Assembly: GCA_951406725.2 (NCBI GenBank)
Contig: OX597820.1
Coordinates: 63,550,001 to 63,614,000 of the forward strand
Reading direction: 5' to 3'
Origin: Octopus vulgaris
Lineage: Eukaryota
Length of the DNA stretch: 64,000 nt
Shown here: piece by piece, positions 1 to 13,560 of the stretch
Layout: every line of letters starts with the position of its first letter
Position numbering within the stretch: the first letter of the stretch is position 1
Translations under genes and position numbers: made by a program
The notes under the pieces: generated by a model
The model's input: the letters and a program-made list of their open reading frames with translations, nothing else
Databases searched by the model: none
What the model was told of the DNA's origin: nothing

Positions 1-1199
1 ATTCATTTTCTGATCTTGACCTGCCTGAAAAATGAAAAAAAAATCCTGCTGCTCTGAAAAGTTAGCAACTCTTGATAGATCTAATAAGGAATACAATAGT
101 ATAAATGTCCTTAGAAGAATAAGGAAATAATCGGCAACGCAAGCAGACATCAAGAATATCAGGAGGAAATTATAATTGGTTTTCTATTATTAATTAGTTG
201 ATCACGATAAAGCGCTATTAATTTACCAAGGGATCTTCTTCTTAGAGGACTTCAAATTCCGATGACTTCGATCTTTTATGAAACTAAGTATGTGTCAGCT
301 ATACTAATTTGTCTGATTATATCTTATACATTTGTATAATTTGATGGCTGATGTAAAGGTTTTATATGAAAAAAGAAGGCGAATAAAATATTTTGAGAAA
401 AAATTAAACAAACCTGTGTCTAAAAATTATAGGCTAATAATTGTATTTGAAGAATAGATGAAAATCGAAATGCGTTAGATCTAAAGAAAATAATATGACT
501 GAAAAAAGACACATAAAGTCAATGTTTATTTAAAATTAAAATATAATTTTATTTGAAGTAGAAGCAATTTTAGAAGAAGAAAAACTTAAACGCTTAAAAT
601 TGATTTTTATTTTTTAGAGAAAAGTAAAAAATTAAATAACAATGGCAGAATCAGCAAATAATTTTAGACGAGAAGTGTACAATAAAATTGGAAATTTAGC
701 ATGGATTTTAGTGTTAGTAAATTAATAGATAATGAAAGATGGGAAAATGAAAGTAAAGAAAGAAGAAAAATAACGGTAACGTTTTCACTGTCCAAAAACT
801 TTAAAAGCAATGAAATTTTGACAAAGAAGCTAACATCATATTAGAAATTCTGATTTTAACAATTAAAACATTAATGAAAACGCATTATCTTATATAGTGT
901 AGAGCTCATACTACAAAGCAGTTGGTTTAAGGAAATATCGATTAATTAGTAATTGTTGAAAGTTAGTTAATAAATATAATGTCTGTAATTAGAAAATTAG
1001 AAGCTGGATAGGTAAGCTTAACGTGGTACACTATTAATTAGCAGTTACATGCGTAATGGGTGAATACATTTATTCCAAAGAGTATAGCCCTTTTATGTTT
1101 GTTTTACCTTTTATGTAATGAATGGTTACATAATATTTCAAATCTATACCAGTTGGACTGATGGACGAGAGTCATGCCTGAAATTTCGTAGTTTAAATT

Positions 1200-1900
1200 G
1201 TTGTGTGATAGAGCAAGGGAAGAAAGTTTCTTCGCTAAAGTTCAAAATATTCGATGTGTGTTATAATGTTTGAATTCTCAGCTATACAATGGTGGCATTT
1301 TCTTTCTCTTCCGTTATTTGCTGACGTTAGCGACGATGTTGAAGAATATTTGGAGGTTGTCCACTCTACTATTTTAAGGTTATTTTCCACATTAGGCAAA
1401 ATATGGTATTTTTTAAAAATTATTATCTCCAAACGAAGCCTAGTACTGCAGGTATTCTTCCTTGATGTTATTTCCACTTATAACAATATAGGTTCTTACA
1501 GTTTTATATAACATGTCATTGATCTTAATCTTGTAATTTAACTATTATTCAAGAGAGGTATTATGCAAAGGACAGCAACTGGGGACTCTAGATAGTCGGT
1601 TCTAATGCTATTATTTTTATTGTCCTTAAATATTCCATAACCTATTGAAGGTCTTATATTGTGAGAATGTGGCTTTGAAGTCACATTTATGCTGCTTGGA
1701 GGATTATATGGTAAAAGTTTTCTCTGGGTACATGTATGATTGTTTCGACGTAGATTACAGTGTTCTTAAAATGAGGTGCTTCTAAGAATCCGTTGTAATA
1801 TGGAAATGAATTTTTGAGAGTTGCTTTGCAAGATGAAATGTTGGAAACACACCTACGTATACAATAAAATGTTTTGCTCATTTTTGTCATAATACACATG
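1200..1900 (-). mobile_element. Decayed Penelope-like retroelement (Naiad-type): RT thumb/linker and GIY-YIG endonuclease remnant
   Basis: ORF 1687..1899 reads IRRCVSNISSCKATLKNSFPYYNGFLEAPHFK, like the PLE thumb motif RRISNISS..F....PYYN.AL..SGF. It is followed, with frameshifts, by YNPP, CCPL, RTYIVISGNNIK and RKCHHCIAEN (ORF 1235..1477), in the order expected for a PLE C-terminus. Confidence 0.65.
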
Positions 1901-3016
1901 GTGAGACTACTCTTAATACGTTCTGTACTGGAGCGTCGTACCTGTGAACCACAATTCTGGAGTCATCTATTGCATTGTTAAATGTATGGGTGTCGTGGGA
2001 GCCAACTAGCGACTTCACTATTATGTTATTTGCGGATAACGTCCCTAAATTATTTACTCCCTAACTATTGTTTCTTTGATATGCCAGGTAATGCACAACT
2101 TGCCAGCTGTATTTTGCAAATATTACTTTGTTACATTGAGAATGTTCAATAAAATGAAGTATACGCTTGACTGATGAGGTGAGAATAAGACCGAAAGTAA
2201 CTCCTTTGTACAAAATCAGCTGGAAATATATAACAAATATTTGTCTTAGACTGGCTAATATTGTGAAATTTTTACCAGTTTTTACATTCATTATGTCGCA
2301 TATATTGACACTAACAGACAAATTATAATAAAGTTGATATATATCGTACAAAATAAAACAGAAATCAGCATTCTAAATAGGTAATAAATGTGTAGTTATT
2401 TTTCTTCATTGATCTGTATCAAATTCTGCGTCTATCAAAGACTTTAGAAGTAAATATGTACTATTAAGAAATAGTGTATGACAATGGACTTTTAACCTTA
2501 TAAAATATCCAGTGATATATAATACGCTAAGGCGATCAATTGAATAAAGTAAAATAGAAATTGCGTGTAGCTAACCAGTTACGAATATTCCCGTACAAGT
2601 TGACATGCGAAAACAATAGATATGATGCTTCCTCCGTTTAGTTTATGCACTATTGCAAGACAAATATAATAAATTATAAAAGAATAGCCGCAATGTACAA
2701 CGTTCTTAACTGTAATATATTAATAAGCTGGGTTAACGTACGCAAGAAAATCTCATAAAGATATATTTGACGCCTCTGTACTTCAACATAAAGAACAATG
2801 CTTAGAAATACGGCTTCGAATTCAGGAGATTTCAGTGGTGCCTATCTATATAATGCAATACATTGTAATATAACACAATATGATATAATAAAGTATATAA
2901 TATTAGAGTATATACCCGAGAGTGAGTGTATGTATCTGCACATACACATTCATACGTACTTACAAATAAACACACAGACACATACACGCACATGTACACA
3001 CACACATATACATATA

Positions 3017-3070
<54 letters not shown>

Positions 3071-3269
3071 CATAAGCATATGCATATATATATATATACA
3101 TATATTTATAAATAAATATAGATACGTCTGTACATATGCGTATATATATGTGTGTTTATGTATATGTATTTATATATAGGTATATGTATATATATATATC
3201 TGTATATATATATATATATATATGCACATATATATTTTTACACATTCACACACAACACACACACACACA

Positions 3270-3311
<42 letters not shown>

Positions 3312-3317
3312 TCTCTA

Positions 3318-3353
<36 letters not shown>

Positions 3354-3922
3354 CATATATACATATACATACATATATATATATACGTTGAGAGAGAGGG
3401 AGAGAGAGAGAGAGACGTATACATATACACACAGACACATGTGTATGTACGTATATATGCATGTATATTATCTACTAACAATATATTGTAATGAAGCACC
3501 TGAAAGGCAGTTTCAAATATTGAAATGAAACAAAACACATGCTCATGCCGATAAATACACACGCACATTTTATGTGTGTGAGTGTGTGTTTGCGCACGAC
3601 TTTATTTATGTACATGTGTGTCTGTTTGTCTGCGTGTGTCTGTGTCAGTGTGTACGTATATACATGAATACGTAAGTATATGTACCGCTCTACTCGTACT
3701 CGAACATCACAAAGTATATAAGCATTGAAGTAAAAACACTAACCGCATATTAGAATACTGAGTACGCGTCATAGACACAAACACGCGCGCATTGAGGCAA
3801 AGGTGCACGCAAATACAACAATATATATGCGGACACATATATACGTATAGAAACACACACGCACACATACACATATATATACATATACACGGATGAAAGA
3901 AGCGAATGTATACAAAAACAAG

Positions 3923-3977
<55 letters not shown>

Positions 3978-4034
3978 GCACACATACATTTTGAGAAAAA
4001 TGGTATGACAAGAAAAGAATGAGAGACCTCGACA

Positions 4035-4150
4035 TTATGTAAATTTTTTTCCGATGGCCGGATAACTGGAGAGATGGCGGTGTGAATTTCCACCTCGGTA
4101 TCCGAAACTCGGAGTTTTAACATGGCTACAGAATAATCGTCACATCTTAC
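4035..4150 (-). repeat. Unclassified dispersed repeat fragment; second copy at ~28110-28235 (+)
   Basis: The reverse complement here (atgtgacgattattc...aaaactccgagtttcggataccgaggtggaaattcacaccgccatctctccagttatccggccatc) aligns by eye with 28113-28210. Confidence 0.6.
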
Positions 4151-4433
4151 ATTTACAGATATATATATATATATATATATTTATACATAGGTAAATATAT
4201 ATATATATATTTATATACATATGTGTGTGTGTTGTATGTGTGTGTGTGTGTCGGCGAGTTTCCTGCATTGACACTTATCCCATAACAACTTGATAATTGC
4301 CAACATACGAAACTCTCTAGTCTTGAGTCACTCTCTTACTTCTGCTCAATATTAATACAAAAATGCATATACTCATATTCTGTCCTATTTTCCTTGTTCG
4401 TATTAATAGACCTACATATATGTGTATGTGTGT

Positions 4434-4465
<32 letters not shown>

Positions 4466-4674
4466 TTGAGAGTGTATATATATATATATATATATATATT
4501 TAAGTAGTTGAATGAATTATCCTATATGAATGAATGATCATATATATATATATATATATATATATGCAAACATACATACATACATACATACATACATACA
4601 TACATACATACATACATACATACATACATACATACATACATGCACTCACACACACAGACGTCTGCATGTATGTA

Positions 4675-4765
4675 ATTATTCAGTTTATTTCAATATTTCT
4701 TGCCAATAAACTAGATCCAATTTTCCTTGATTGGAATTTCAACATCAACAGGGTATTTTTGTTTG
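4675..4765 (+). repeat. Unclassified dispersed repeat fragment; second copy at ~12792-12900
   Basis: Both loci read attattcagtttatttcaa...cttgcca...ctagatcca...aatttca(a/g)catcaac...agggt(a/g)ttttt, next to (ATGT)n. Confidence 0.6.
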
Positions 4766-5289
4766 TATGTATGTATATGCAGATTTGTATGTTTTATGTA
4801 CGTACTGTCATGCATATAGTTGCATATCTAGACATGCTCATATATATTTAGATGACAATCTTCTGGAAAGTTTTACAGACTTTTACAGTTCCAATGATGG
4901 ATTGGATCTCTAGTTTTCGAATTAGCTTTCTCCTTTCTGGTTTTGAAACCCCTAATTTCTCAAGATTGGTATTTAGACAGTACGTATGTATTTATGTTTG
5001 TATGTATCTATGTTTGTATCTGTGTATGTATATATGTATGTATGTATGGATAAATGGATGGAATGATGGAAGGATGCATATGCTCTTATTCTTTTATCCA
5101 TCAATACGTTTCAGCCAGTCATACGTTTCAACCATTAATACGTTTCATGCAGAGGCTATGCTGAAGCACCGTCTGTCTAACCAACACTTCGAGTTTTATA
5201 TGAATTGGTTGTGGCCTATAAGGCAGTTCAACACTGCTACTTTTTCTTGAGTTTCCTACCATGATGTAGGCTCACGTGTGACATTGGAC

Positions 5290-5850
5290 AACAGAAAGTC
5301 AAGTTGTTCCTTGAAAACATATACTCTTACCCATGAACCCCCCCGTGTTTTTGTAAGGTGTTACATGTCTGTAGGTCCTTGAATCCAAGCTGTTGCAGTA
5401 CATAATCCCCATCCTACACGGGATAGATGGGATCTTTGGAGAAGTATAGTTACCTATAGTTCAGGGATTCCTACAGCACCCGATACCAAATGTTGGTGCA
5501 GCCCTTCACAATCTTCCGTGCATATATCACTGCATGCCACTGCTGTCTTCACTCCAGGGAGTAGGATCGTACTCGTTTAATTCCCGACGACGAATGTCCT
5601 CCATAGGACCATCATAGTTTCTTGGGCTCTTGTGAAGATTCTCAGAATCCATCCGGCCATTCGCTTACATATTGCCACCATCGTGGTATGCATGTGAAAC
5701 AAGGCATCGTTGTTCATATCAATCCCGAGACCACGCATCGTATGCAATCCCACTGTGGGATCGCTGCTCCTTTTGGTTCAAAATATCAATTTTCGTCTTG
5801 AGTGCATCATTCAGCGTGGGGTTTGGAATTTTTCTGCATTAAATTGCATG
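5290..5850 (-). mobile_element. Old, decayed CR1-group LINE RT C-terminal fragment, related to 17531-18999
   Basis: Minus strand gives MQFNAEKFQ, GLGIDMNNDA and CKRMAGWILRIFTRAQETMMVLWRT. The intact copy has MQFNAEKFQ, DLGIYMSYDA and CRRLAGWILRTFRTREQETMMVLWRT. Confidence 0.85.
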
Positions 5851-6024
5851 TATATATATTATATATCGCCAGATACCGTGTTAGTTCTCAGTTATGCCCC
5901 AGGTTACGGCTAACTGCATCGATTAGTATTTAACATCTATGAATACTATAAGTTGTTAGTCACTCGATATATCCCTCCAATGTTTAGTTTCTTGTTCTCT
6001 TTATTGGATGGTAGTATTATCTGG

Positions 6025-6575
6025 AGTTGTTGGCATCCCTTCTGTCTCGGGAGACAATGGTGTTGCGCATGTTTTTTTTTTGTTTTTTTTTTTGTAGTCT
6101 AGTCCGGCTTTTATATTTCATGTCCTGATACATTTCCTGCTGTGGCTGTGTAGTCCTATCCTGGACAAACACTCCCTCTGGCAGGTACCGCAAATGTAGC
6201 GAAGACTGTTCCTGGCTGGTTGTAGTGCCATAGTCTCTTGTTTACGTCTCTTCCTTTCTTTCCTCTTTCCATTTCTCCTCTCTCTCTCTGTCACTCTTTT
6301 GTATTCCCTCTTTTACTGTACGTCGCTATTCTCCACGGTTGCCGGCAACTGCCTCCCAACCGCTAATATTGATGTTGCAGGCCTTCATATCCCTTTTGCA
6401 AACATCCCTGTAACGTAAGATCGGTCTACCCACAGACCTAGTACCCCTAGCAAGTAGAGTATGTCCTTGGGGATTCTGCCATCTTTCATACGGCTAACAT
6501 GCCCAAGCCATCTCATACGTCTTTGTGTGAGAAGTGCAAACATGCTTGGTATTACTGCTTGCCTGAGGACATCTG
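6025..6575 (-). mobile_element. RTE-clade LINE 3' fragment (BovB-like)
   Basis: ORF 6385..6591 has QRRMRWLGHVSRMKDGRIPKDILY, then RYRDVCKRDMKACNI and a terminal C2H2-like ICGTCQRECLSRIGLHSHSRKC. The 3' end reads ccattgtctcccgagacagaagggatgccaacaac, an RTE-type tail. Confidence 0.85.
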
Positions 6576-6837
6576 GAGTATATATTAACAATAATTATAA
6601 TGATAGAGAATATGGAGACTGGTACATCTCCATAATTTATTTCATCTTATTCATATATTCACATCCTCCGTAAACACACAGTGTACATATGTATACTTTT
6701 AGGACATTCTTGTGCGTGTTGTACTTCAATTGATATCTACAAATGCGACAGTTGTTCTAGATATAGGTAAAAGTTTATATATATGTATATTTACATATTT
6801 CTGTATAAATACACATGTATACGCACACACAGACACA

Positions 6838-6897
<60 letters not shown>

Positions 6898-6952
6898 TAC
6901 ATATACATATATTCTAAAACATACATTATATATGTGCGTGTGTGTGTTTGTT

Positions 6953-6985
<33 letters not shown>

Positions 6986-7484
6986 CTGTGTGTGTACAAA
7001 CTAGGCCACCTACTCACCATTCAGTTCTCGAGTTAAGACCAACCAATTTAACCGGACATCGGTTAAATATCAGAACCAAGGACTCTTAGCAAAAGCAAAA
7101 CAGAAATACTAAATTCCTGTACTTGCTGACCTCTGTCAGACACTACAGCAATGTTGGGAGAAACCTTACACCTCTTCACCATTTTCCTTCGTGTCAGTAG
7201 TCGTTTGGTGAACCTCGCTAAACTTCCGGAGTGGCTTGTCAAAACAGAAACCTGGAAGTGACAATAATTAAATCAACTATGATAACTCAAGCTGTGCTCT
7301 CACTTTGATACTGTGTTTTGATACCTCACCCGCTTTCTCGCTTGTCATTCTCTTTCTTTCCCTAATGTGTCTTTCTTTCTTTCTCTCATTTATCTACATT
7401 ACATCGTGTTTTCTCATCCCATCGTTATTCTCCTATACATTCCCATACATCAGCTACATTCCTCTGTCCTTACGCTTTCTCTCA

Positions 7485-7486
<2 letters not shown>

Positions 7487-7567
<81 letters not shown>

Positions 7568-7635
7568 CTTATCAAGTTATCTATCTATCTATCCATCTAC
7601 CCATCTATCTATCCATCTATCTATGTATCTATCTC
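7487..7635. repeat. (TATC)n microsatellite
   Basis: Directly visible tetranucleotide array. Confidence 0.95.
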
Positions 7636-7892
7636 TGTCGGCATGTAAATATTGAAAGAACCTGCGAGGAAAACGTTGGTGTAGCACGTGTGAGCGAAAG
7701 TCAGCTATTAGGAAGTAATTAATGATGCAGGGAAAGATAAAGAAAGAGAAAAAGGAAAAACATTTTTTTAAAAATGTAGATAACTAGCACTAAGCCATGT
7801 GTATTAGATATTTCTGACTGTAGTCATAATAAATAGGATTGTGTAATGGCAAATTAAATGCACACGCGCGTACAGACATATACACACACATA

Positions 7893-8600
7893 CGAGGTCT
7901 GGTCCATAAGTATTCGGCATGTTGCCAAAGTAACATAGCTAGAGCACGCACGGTAAATCCACGTGGCACAGATTGACCTTGAACACTGCTGTGTTCCGAA
8001 GGGTTTCAGAAGTTTTCAGCATCGCCGAAATAATGTCTATATTGACGAACGTTCTGGGAGACCCGCATCCAGCAAAAATGCGAAAATCATCGAAGATGTT
8101 CGTGAAGCCCTGTGGGGAAATCGTTGAATCACCATCCATGAGTTATCAGAGGATGTGAGGATTAGTTACGGTTCAGTTCAGTCCATTATCACTAAAGATT
8201 TGGATATGAGACGCGTGTTTACCAAGTTTGTGCCAACACTGCTTTCAGCTGACCAAAATGACACCCGGGTTTCAGTTGCACAAGAACTCCTTGCTGTGTC
8301 AAGAACAATAAAAACTTTTTGAAAGCTTTGCGTAGGCTTCTGAGCAGGTGTCGCCAAGCTTTTGACAAAAATTTGATGTAGGCTCTCCGCTCAACTCTCT
8401 AGCTCCGTCATGGTCAAGGCGACGATCACACGCTACACACCTTACTTCCAAGCACTGACGTAAGAAGTGGAAGTGAGCTAGAACTTCAAAACTTAGTGCA
8501 CATGCACAGCAATGTTCAAGGTTAATCTGTCAAGCAGCTTCACTCCGCATGATATAGCTTCGTTAATTTGGCAAGAGTCCGGATACGTTTTGGTCCGACG
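7893..8600 (+). mobile_element. Internally deleted mariner-like DNA transposon with ~100 bp TIRs
   Basis: TA-flanked imperfect TIRs: left cgaggtctggtccataag...cagattgaccttgaacactgctgtg, right cacagcaatgttcaaggttaatctg...tggtccgacg. The interior encodes a mariner HTH region, ITIHELSEDVRISYGSVQSIITKDLDMRRVFTKFVPTLLSADQ. No catalytic domain is present. Confidence 0.85.
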
Positions 8601-8609
8601 TATATCCAG

Positions 8610-11600
8610 GTTATAGATTTTCATTTGCTCTCATCTTCACAGTCACAATGGACTAAGAAACAAGCAGATCTGCATAGAAACCTAGAAAAACGTGGTTTCC
8701 CACAAAAGAACAGATCGACCTGATCCGCAGACAGGGAAAGTGCCTAAAATGTTTTGGGGATTCTCCATTTGATGTTCTCGGTCAAGAATTTGGATAAAAC
8801 AGTTGCTTCATATTTATACTTATACCAAGCAGAAAGGAGCACTTGAAACAATTGACTGAAAACGTAAGCGAATCCATAAATAAAATGAGATGGAAGCTAT
8901 ACAATATAGACTAGATATGCACGTGTGTATATAATAGTCAAAAAATTATACACACTTGAGTTCCGTTATGATAATGAATGCCATTTTGTCCATACGCTCA
9001 GACATACAAACAACACGCACTCATTATGCATACATGAAACAATTCAATTAACCACAAGCCCCTAGAGATAACTTGTCTTGACATTTTGCTAGTGAGTAGC
9101 TGGAATTCTCCAAGAGGAAATGTTTCAAAATAAATCTCAAGGATAGATTCCTACATGCATAGATTCCTACATGCCTACACACACAACCATATTTTTACTG
9201 TTATGTTTCTATGGGTGTGTGTGTGTTTGTATTTTTTGTTCGTGTAACATTTAACTCATGTTATATTCGTGCGCACCGGTGACGTGAACAGGAATCTGAA
9301 ACAAGCGTTGTTTGCTTAGGTCATAAATGTTTAGTCCAATCCATTGGTGCAAAAGCCAGTGTTCTGCTATGACGCAACACAGCAAATGACTCGATCGGGT
9401 CATCACATTTAACCAGACCACTTCTGCTCATGCACCGTTAGCTAATTGGCCTGTGCCACCAGTTTTCTAAGGAATCAGTGATTTAGGTCGATGCTATGTT
9501 ATCGAATGTCTCTGCTAAAATGCCGTGTCGTGGAGTATTTAAAACTGGAATTTTCGGTCGAGCAAAGTCAACCAATACATACATCTCAGCAGCTTCCCTC
9601 CTACCACTAATAGTTGCTGCTGAAAAATACACCATTTTCTCTTTTCCCTCTGTTTTCTCGTTTTTGTTTTTTTGTTTCTTTTCTTTTCTTTGTCATTAAC
9701 TGTCTATTGTCCCTGCTCTAATTTACCACAACAGCAGGAGTGGCTGTGTGTCAAGTAGCTTGCTTAGCAACCACATGTTTCCGGGTTCAGTCCCACTGCG
9801 TGGCACCCTAGGCAAGTGTATTCTGCTATAGCCTCGGGCCGACCAAAGCCTTGTGAGTATATTTGGTAGAGGGAAACTGAAAGAAGCCCATCGTGTATAT
9901 ATATATATATGTATGTATGTGTGTCTGTGTTTGTGTGTGTGTGTTTATGTATATATTTCTGTGTCTGTGTTTGTCTCCCTAACATCGCTTGACAACCGAT
10001 GCTGGTGTTTTTACGTTCCCGTCACTTAGCGGTTCAGCATGAGAGTCCGATAGAATAAGTACTAGGCTTACAAAGAATAAGTCCTGGGGTCGATTTGCTC
10101 GACTAAACACGGTGCTCCAGCATGGCCGCTGTCAAATGACTCAAACAAATAAAAGAATATAAGAATAAAAGAATAACTCTATATATTTTGAACAACGGAA
10201 CGCGTATAGTGCAATCAGTATCAAGTTGGATGATCGTGAACGTGACATTCGAAAGCTAAATGTGAAATTCCAACTGCAATAACTTTGAATATCTCTTGCC
10301 TCTTAATATTGAGTATTCTGAACTCGCTTTACATATGACATTATACACGCGTGCACTCACGCACACATATAAATTAATGTTCAGCTGTTCCTGTGTACCC
10401 AAGTGAAAAACGATATATTCGTTTATTCCCACATCAGTCCTTATCTAGTCAATTTTCTTCAGTCAAGCTGATTGAAAGTTAAAATAAATGGTTAAGCTCA
10501 CTGACCGCACATTTGTGGACTAGAAACGCCATAAGTTCGCATTATTTATAACATTACGAAAATATACTCAATGTTAACTTTGTAAAAAAAATATGCATCT
10601 CAGAATTTGGTTACAAATTACATTATTCTCAAGAATTGAATAGAGGATTACTAACAGATTCAGAAAGGAAACTATGTTTTAAAATTCACCCCCGCTGCTT
10701 TGGTGTCATTGCATCTTATTTAATTTCTTTAAAAGTGTTTTAGAATACCTTCAAGTGTCGCCTATGGAAAGATAGATAAATTTCCTTCACCTGTTCCAAA
10801 ATGCCGGTTGAAACCAGGCATGACTGTGGATTTAAGATTTTCGTTTCAAAGCTTTGTGATTGCTTGTTCGATCTAAGTGCGCAGCAGTTAGATCGAATTA
10901 GTATCTCACATCATAGCCCCGTATCCGCTAATCACTTCTATCAAGTATCTTCCACTATAGCGTCGTATCCCCTACAGTTCTGCGAATAGAATTTGGTAGA
11001 CATAAGGAAATTGTACAAATACCTCGAGATTTGGGGAATATTCTTGCTTTGCAGTCCTAAACTTCTGTCTGGTTTACACATCTACTTTGACCACTCTATA
11101 TCTTTATCTAACTTCACATTTTTGCAAATACTCAAAACATGAGTCAAGTCTGAAAATTGATCTTCCTTTTCTGCTCAATCCACTAAACGAAGCCATACTT
11201 TTCACTCAATCTCTTGCCTTTTGCTTTCCTTCAGTTTGACAATATCATCATGTTGCATATGAACAACACTGTTATCTGCATTTATTTTCCCTGATTAATT
11301 TCATTGACGGTTTTATATGAAAATCTCGCAGTATATTAACCATGCTTAGTCTAACTGACAGCTACTGGCTGGTGGCAATATGATCCTTCATGTATTTTGA
11401 ATTCAAATTTCTTACTTTCCTCCGATTTTAATCTCCTGTCTCTTGTATATTATTTCTACACTATTTGTGTGCCCTTTAGGGAGATTCACACTCAGCATGA
11501 TTAATAGTTTTGCGATATATTTCCATACATCTAACACTTATTATCCTGCCTGGTTTCTGTCAATTTTTGTTTTAACAAATCGCTTTTCCTTCTGAAGCTA

Positions 11601-12620
11601 CGATAAGGGATTTCTGTTTCTCTCTTTAATCCGCCAGTGAAACCCACTTTATTTCTCAGGCTGCTTATTATTTTCTTTTGACAACATTCTCTTTTTCTTT
11701 CCACATTTCCGCTTGTACATTTGATTCAAATATTTCATATATCTATAATTATTTCATTCTCTTCCAGTAAAATTGTACAAAGATCTCGATGTCCGCACAG
11801 TAAGAGTTATAATCACTTTGCTGTAACACATTTCAGTGAAAGTTATTAGCCCAAATTTCATTACGCAGAAATATAAACTTAGATGATAAATTTTAGAGGA
11901 AATATGTGCATTGACGTAAATACGGTTTGCATGACATTTATTTAAAAATTTCACTATTATAGTATAGTATATCCATAAATATTCGACATATTTATCTTAC
12001 CAGCGGCAAAATTCACTGTTGTACTGGATGAATAATTTTATTTTTTATTTTAACCAACAAAAAGATGGTAGATGAAACTGCATTCAACATATAATAATAC
12101 GTTCCTCTTACATATAACACTTACGCTAAAATTAAGGCTTGCTTAAATTCTTTGCTAGTTTTGTAACCGTCCCCATTCTACTTATAGTCGCCATCAGAAA
12201 TAAGTCAGAAACCTTATTTGTAGTTACTTGCATATGTTAAATATTATTAATATGAATACATTGACATTTTTTTTTCTTTTTTTTATCAATTTTTCAGTTG
12301 GCAAATTGTTTATTACAGCGGGGCAGGGTACCATATCATGAAGTACTTGCTCCAAAACCGAGTGCTGAGCAAATTTGACTCTTCATCTAATTCCGATGGG
12401 TGAAATATTACCAAAGCCGGGGATTTCATTGGCTATAATGAAACAACGTGAGGGCATATGTTGGGCTTCAATGCTCTGTTCGCTATGCCTTATAAGATAA
12501 AATTCCGTCACTGTTTACGGGAGTCGCGGATGGGTACACCATCCGTTCTAACACCAACATCTTGAAATTGGCTAAAAGGACTCGATGTTATTTGCCATTC
12601 CTTCCTGCTAGAATATCTAT
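8610..12620 (-). pseudogene. Highly decayed, apparently intronless Ig+FN3 cell-adhesion pseudogene (neuroglian/L1/contactin-like), interrupted by a SINE
   Basis: Ordered minus-strand motifs across many stops and frameshifts. Ig-like: ALVIFHPSELDEE (~12400), GLITFT/NVLQQSDYNSYCA (~11830), HVLSICKNVKLDKD (~11120), YSGRYLIEVISGYG (~10940), EGNLSIF (~10780), TDVGINEYIVFHLG (~10420). FN3-like: DDPIESFAVL (~9390), LSAWYKYKYEATV (~8820), GRSVLLWET (~8710). Read by eye only. Confidence 0.5.
9733..10176 (+). mobile_element. Full-length tRNA-type SINE, family A (internal TA/TG microsatellite)
   Basis: Head with pol III A-box-like tggctgtgtg and B-box-like ggttcagtccc, core ggcacc..gggcaagtg, internal microsatellite, tail cggtgctccagcatggccgc.gtcaaatgac and (aaagaat)n. 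More than ten related copies occur in the window. Confidence 0.9.
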
Positions 12621-13369
12621 AAGTTAAATTACTTCAAAATTGTTTATAATATCGTATGTGACGTACCGAAACATAGAGAAAAATGTCACCAGTAATAAAG
12701 ATTTGGACTATTATATATTTGGGAGGAAGCAAAACTGGTTGTCATCCTTCCATAGAAAAGTAAAACTAAGTGATCCGTATTTATGTATGTCATTATTCAG
12801 TTTATTTCAAAATTCCTTGCCAGTAGAGAAAGGAGCGTTTTCTAACCTAGATCCAAGGATCTTTCATTGCAATTTCAGCATCAACAACAGGGTGTTTTTA
12901 TTAGTAAGGATGCATGAATGCATATATGTATGCATGTATATGTGTGTATGTATGTGTATATATGTGTGTGTTTCAATGTGTGATATACCAACAGTAATGA
13001 AGAAGTGGGCAACAATATTTCATCTTGCGTCTTTCGATTTCCAGAGATTGGAACCTGACTCTGCCATTATTGAAACGCTTCTTTTGCTTCTTTAATACGA
13101 GTAACATGTTTCAAGGAGAATCAGGCCACCAGGATTGAGTAGTCTACCAGCAGTTTCCTAGTGTGGTACCTACCATTAGCAAGGGTATGTGTGAAGATGT
13201 ATGAAGAAATATAAAGAATAGAATGCCTGAAGCGAAGACAAACGGCGCAGTCGGAGACATTTAAATGCGTCCTCTGCCACGAATCAACAGCGAGAAGAGG
13301 AATTACTTTGCGTTGATAGAGGGCCTTACAATCCGTGAGCTTGCTGTACAAACGCATTCTGGTCACAAT

Positions 13370-13560
13370 GCATTGCAGAACATCGTAGATGACTTAGGGT
13401 ATCTGAAATTGGGAACAAAATTCGTACTCCGTTGTTGACACACAATTAGAAGGTGAGAAGACTAGAAGACTGCTCTAAGCAGCTGGCAGCATTTGAGGCT
13501 AATGAATATGCATTCAATTCCGCGTTACTCGCGATAAAACGTCAACGTATCTTTATAATC
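13370..13560 (+). mobile_element. Decayed mariner transposase fragment
   Basis: Reads NIVDDLGYLKLGTKFV, then KVRRLEDCSKQLAAFEANE and VTRDKT with frameshifts. This resembles the mariner segment from the WVP linker to VTGDETW. Confidence 0.6.

Noticed and set aside
9733-9810. tRNA gene suggested by A/B boxes
   Set aside because: No cloverleaf is evident. It is the head of a multicopy SINE, and the same applies to the other SINE heads.
12290-12415. Plus-strand exon after a strong pyrimidine-tract acceptor (ttttcag)
   Set aside because: The frames I translated close within about 35 codons with no recognisable product. The minus strand gives a better (Ig-like) reading.
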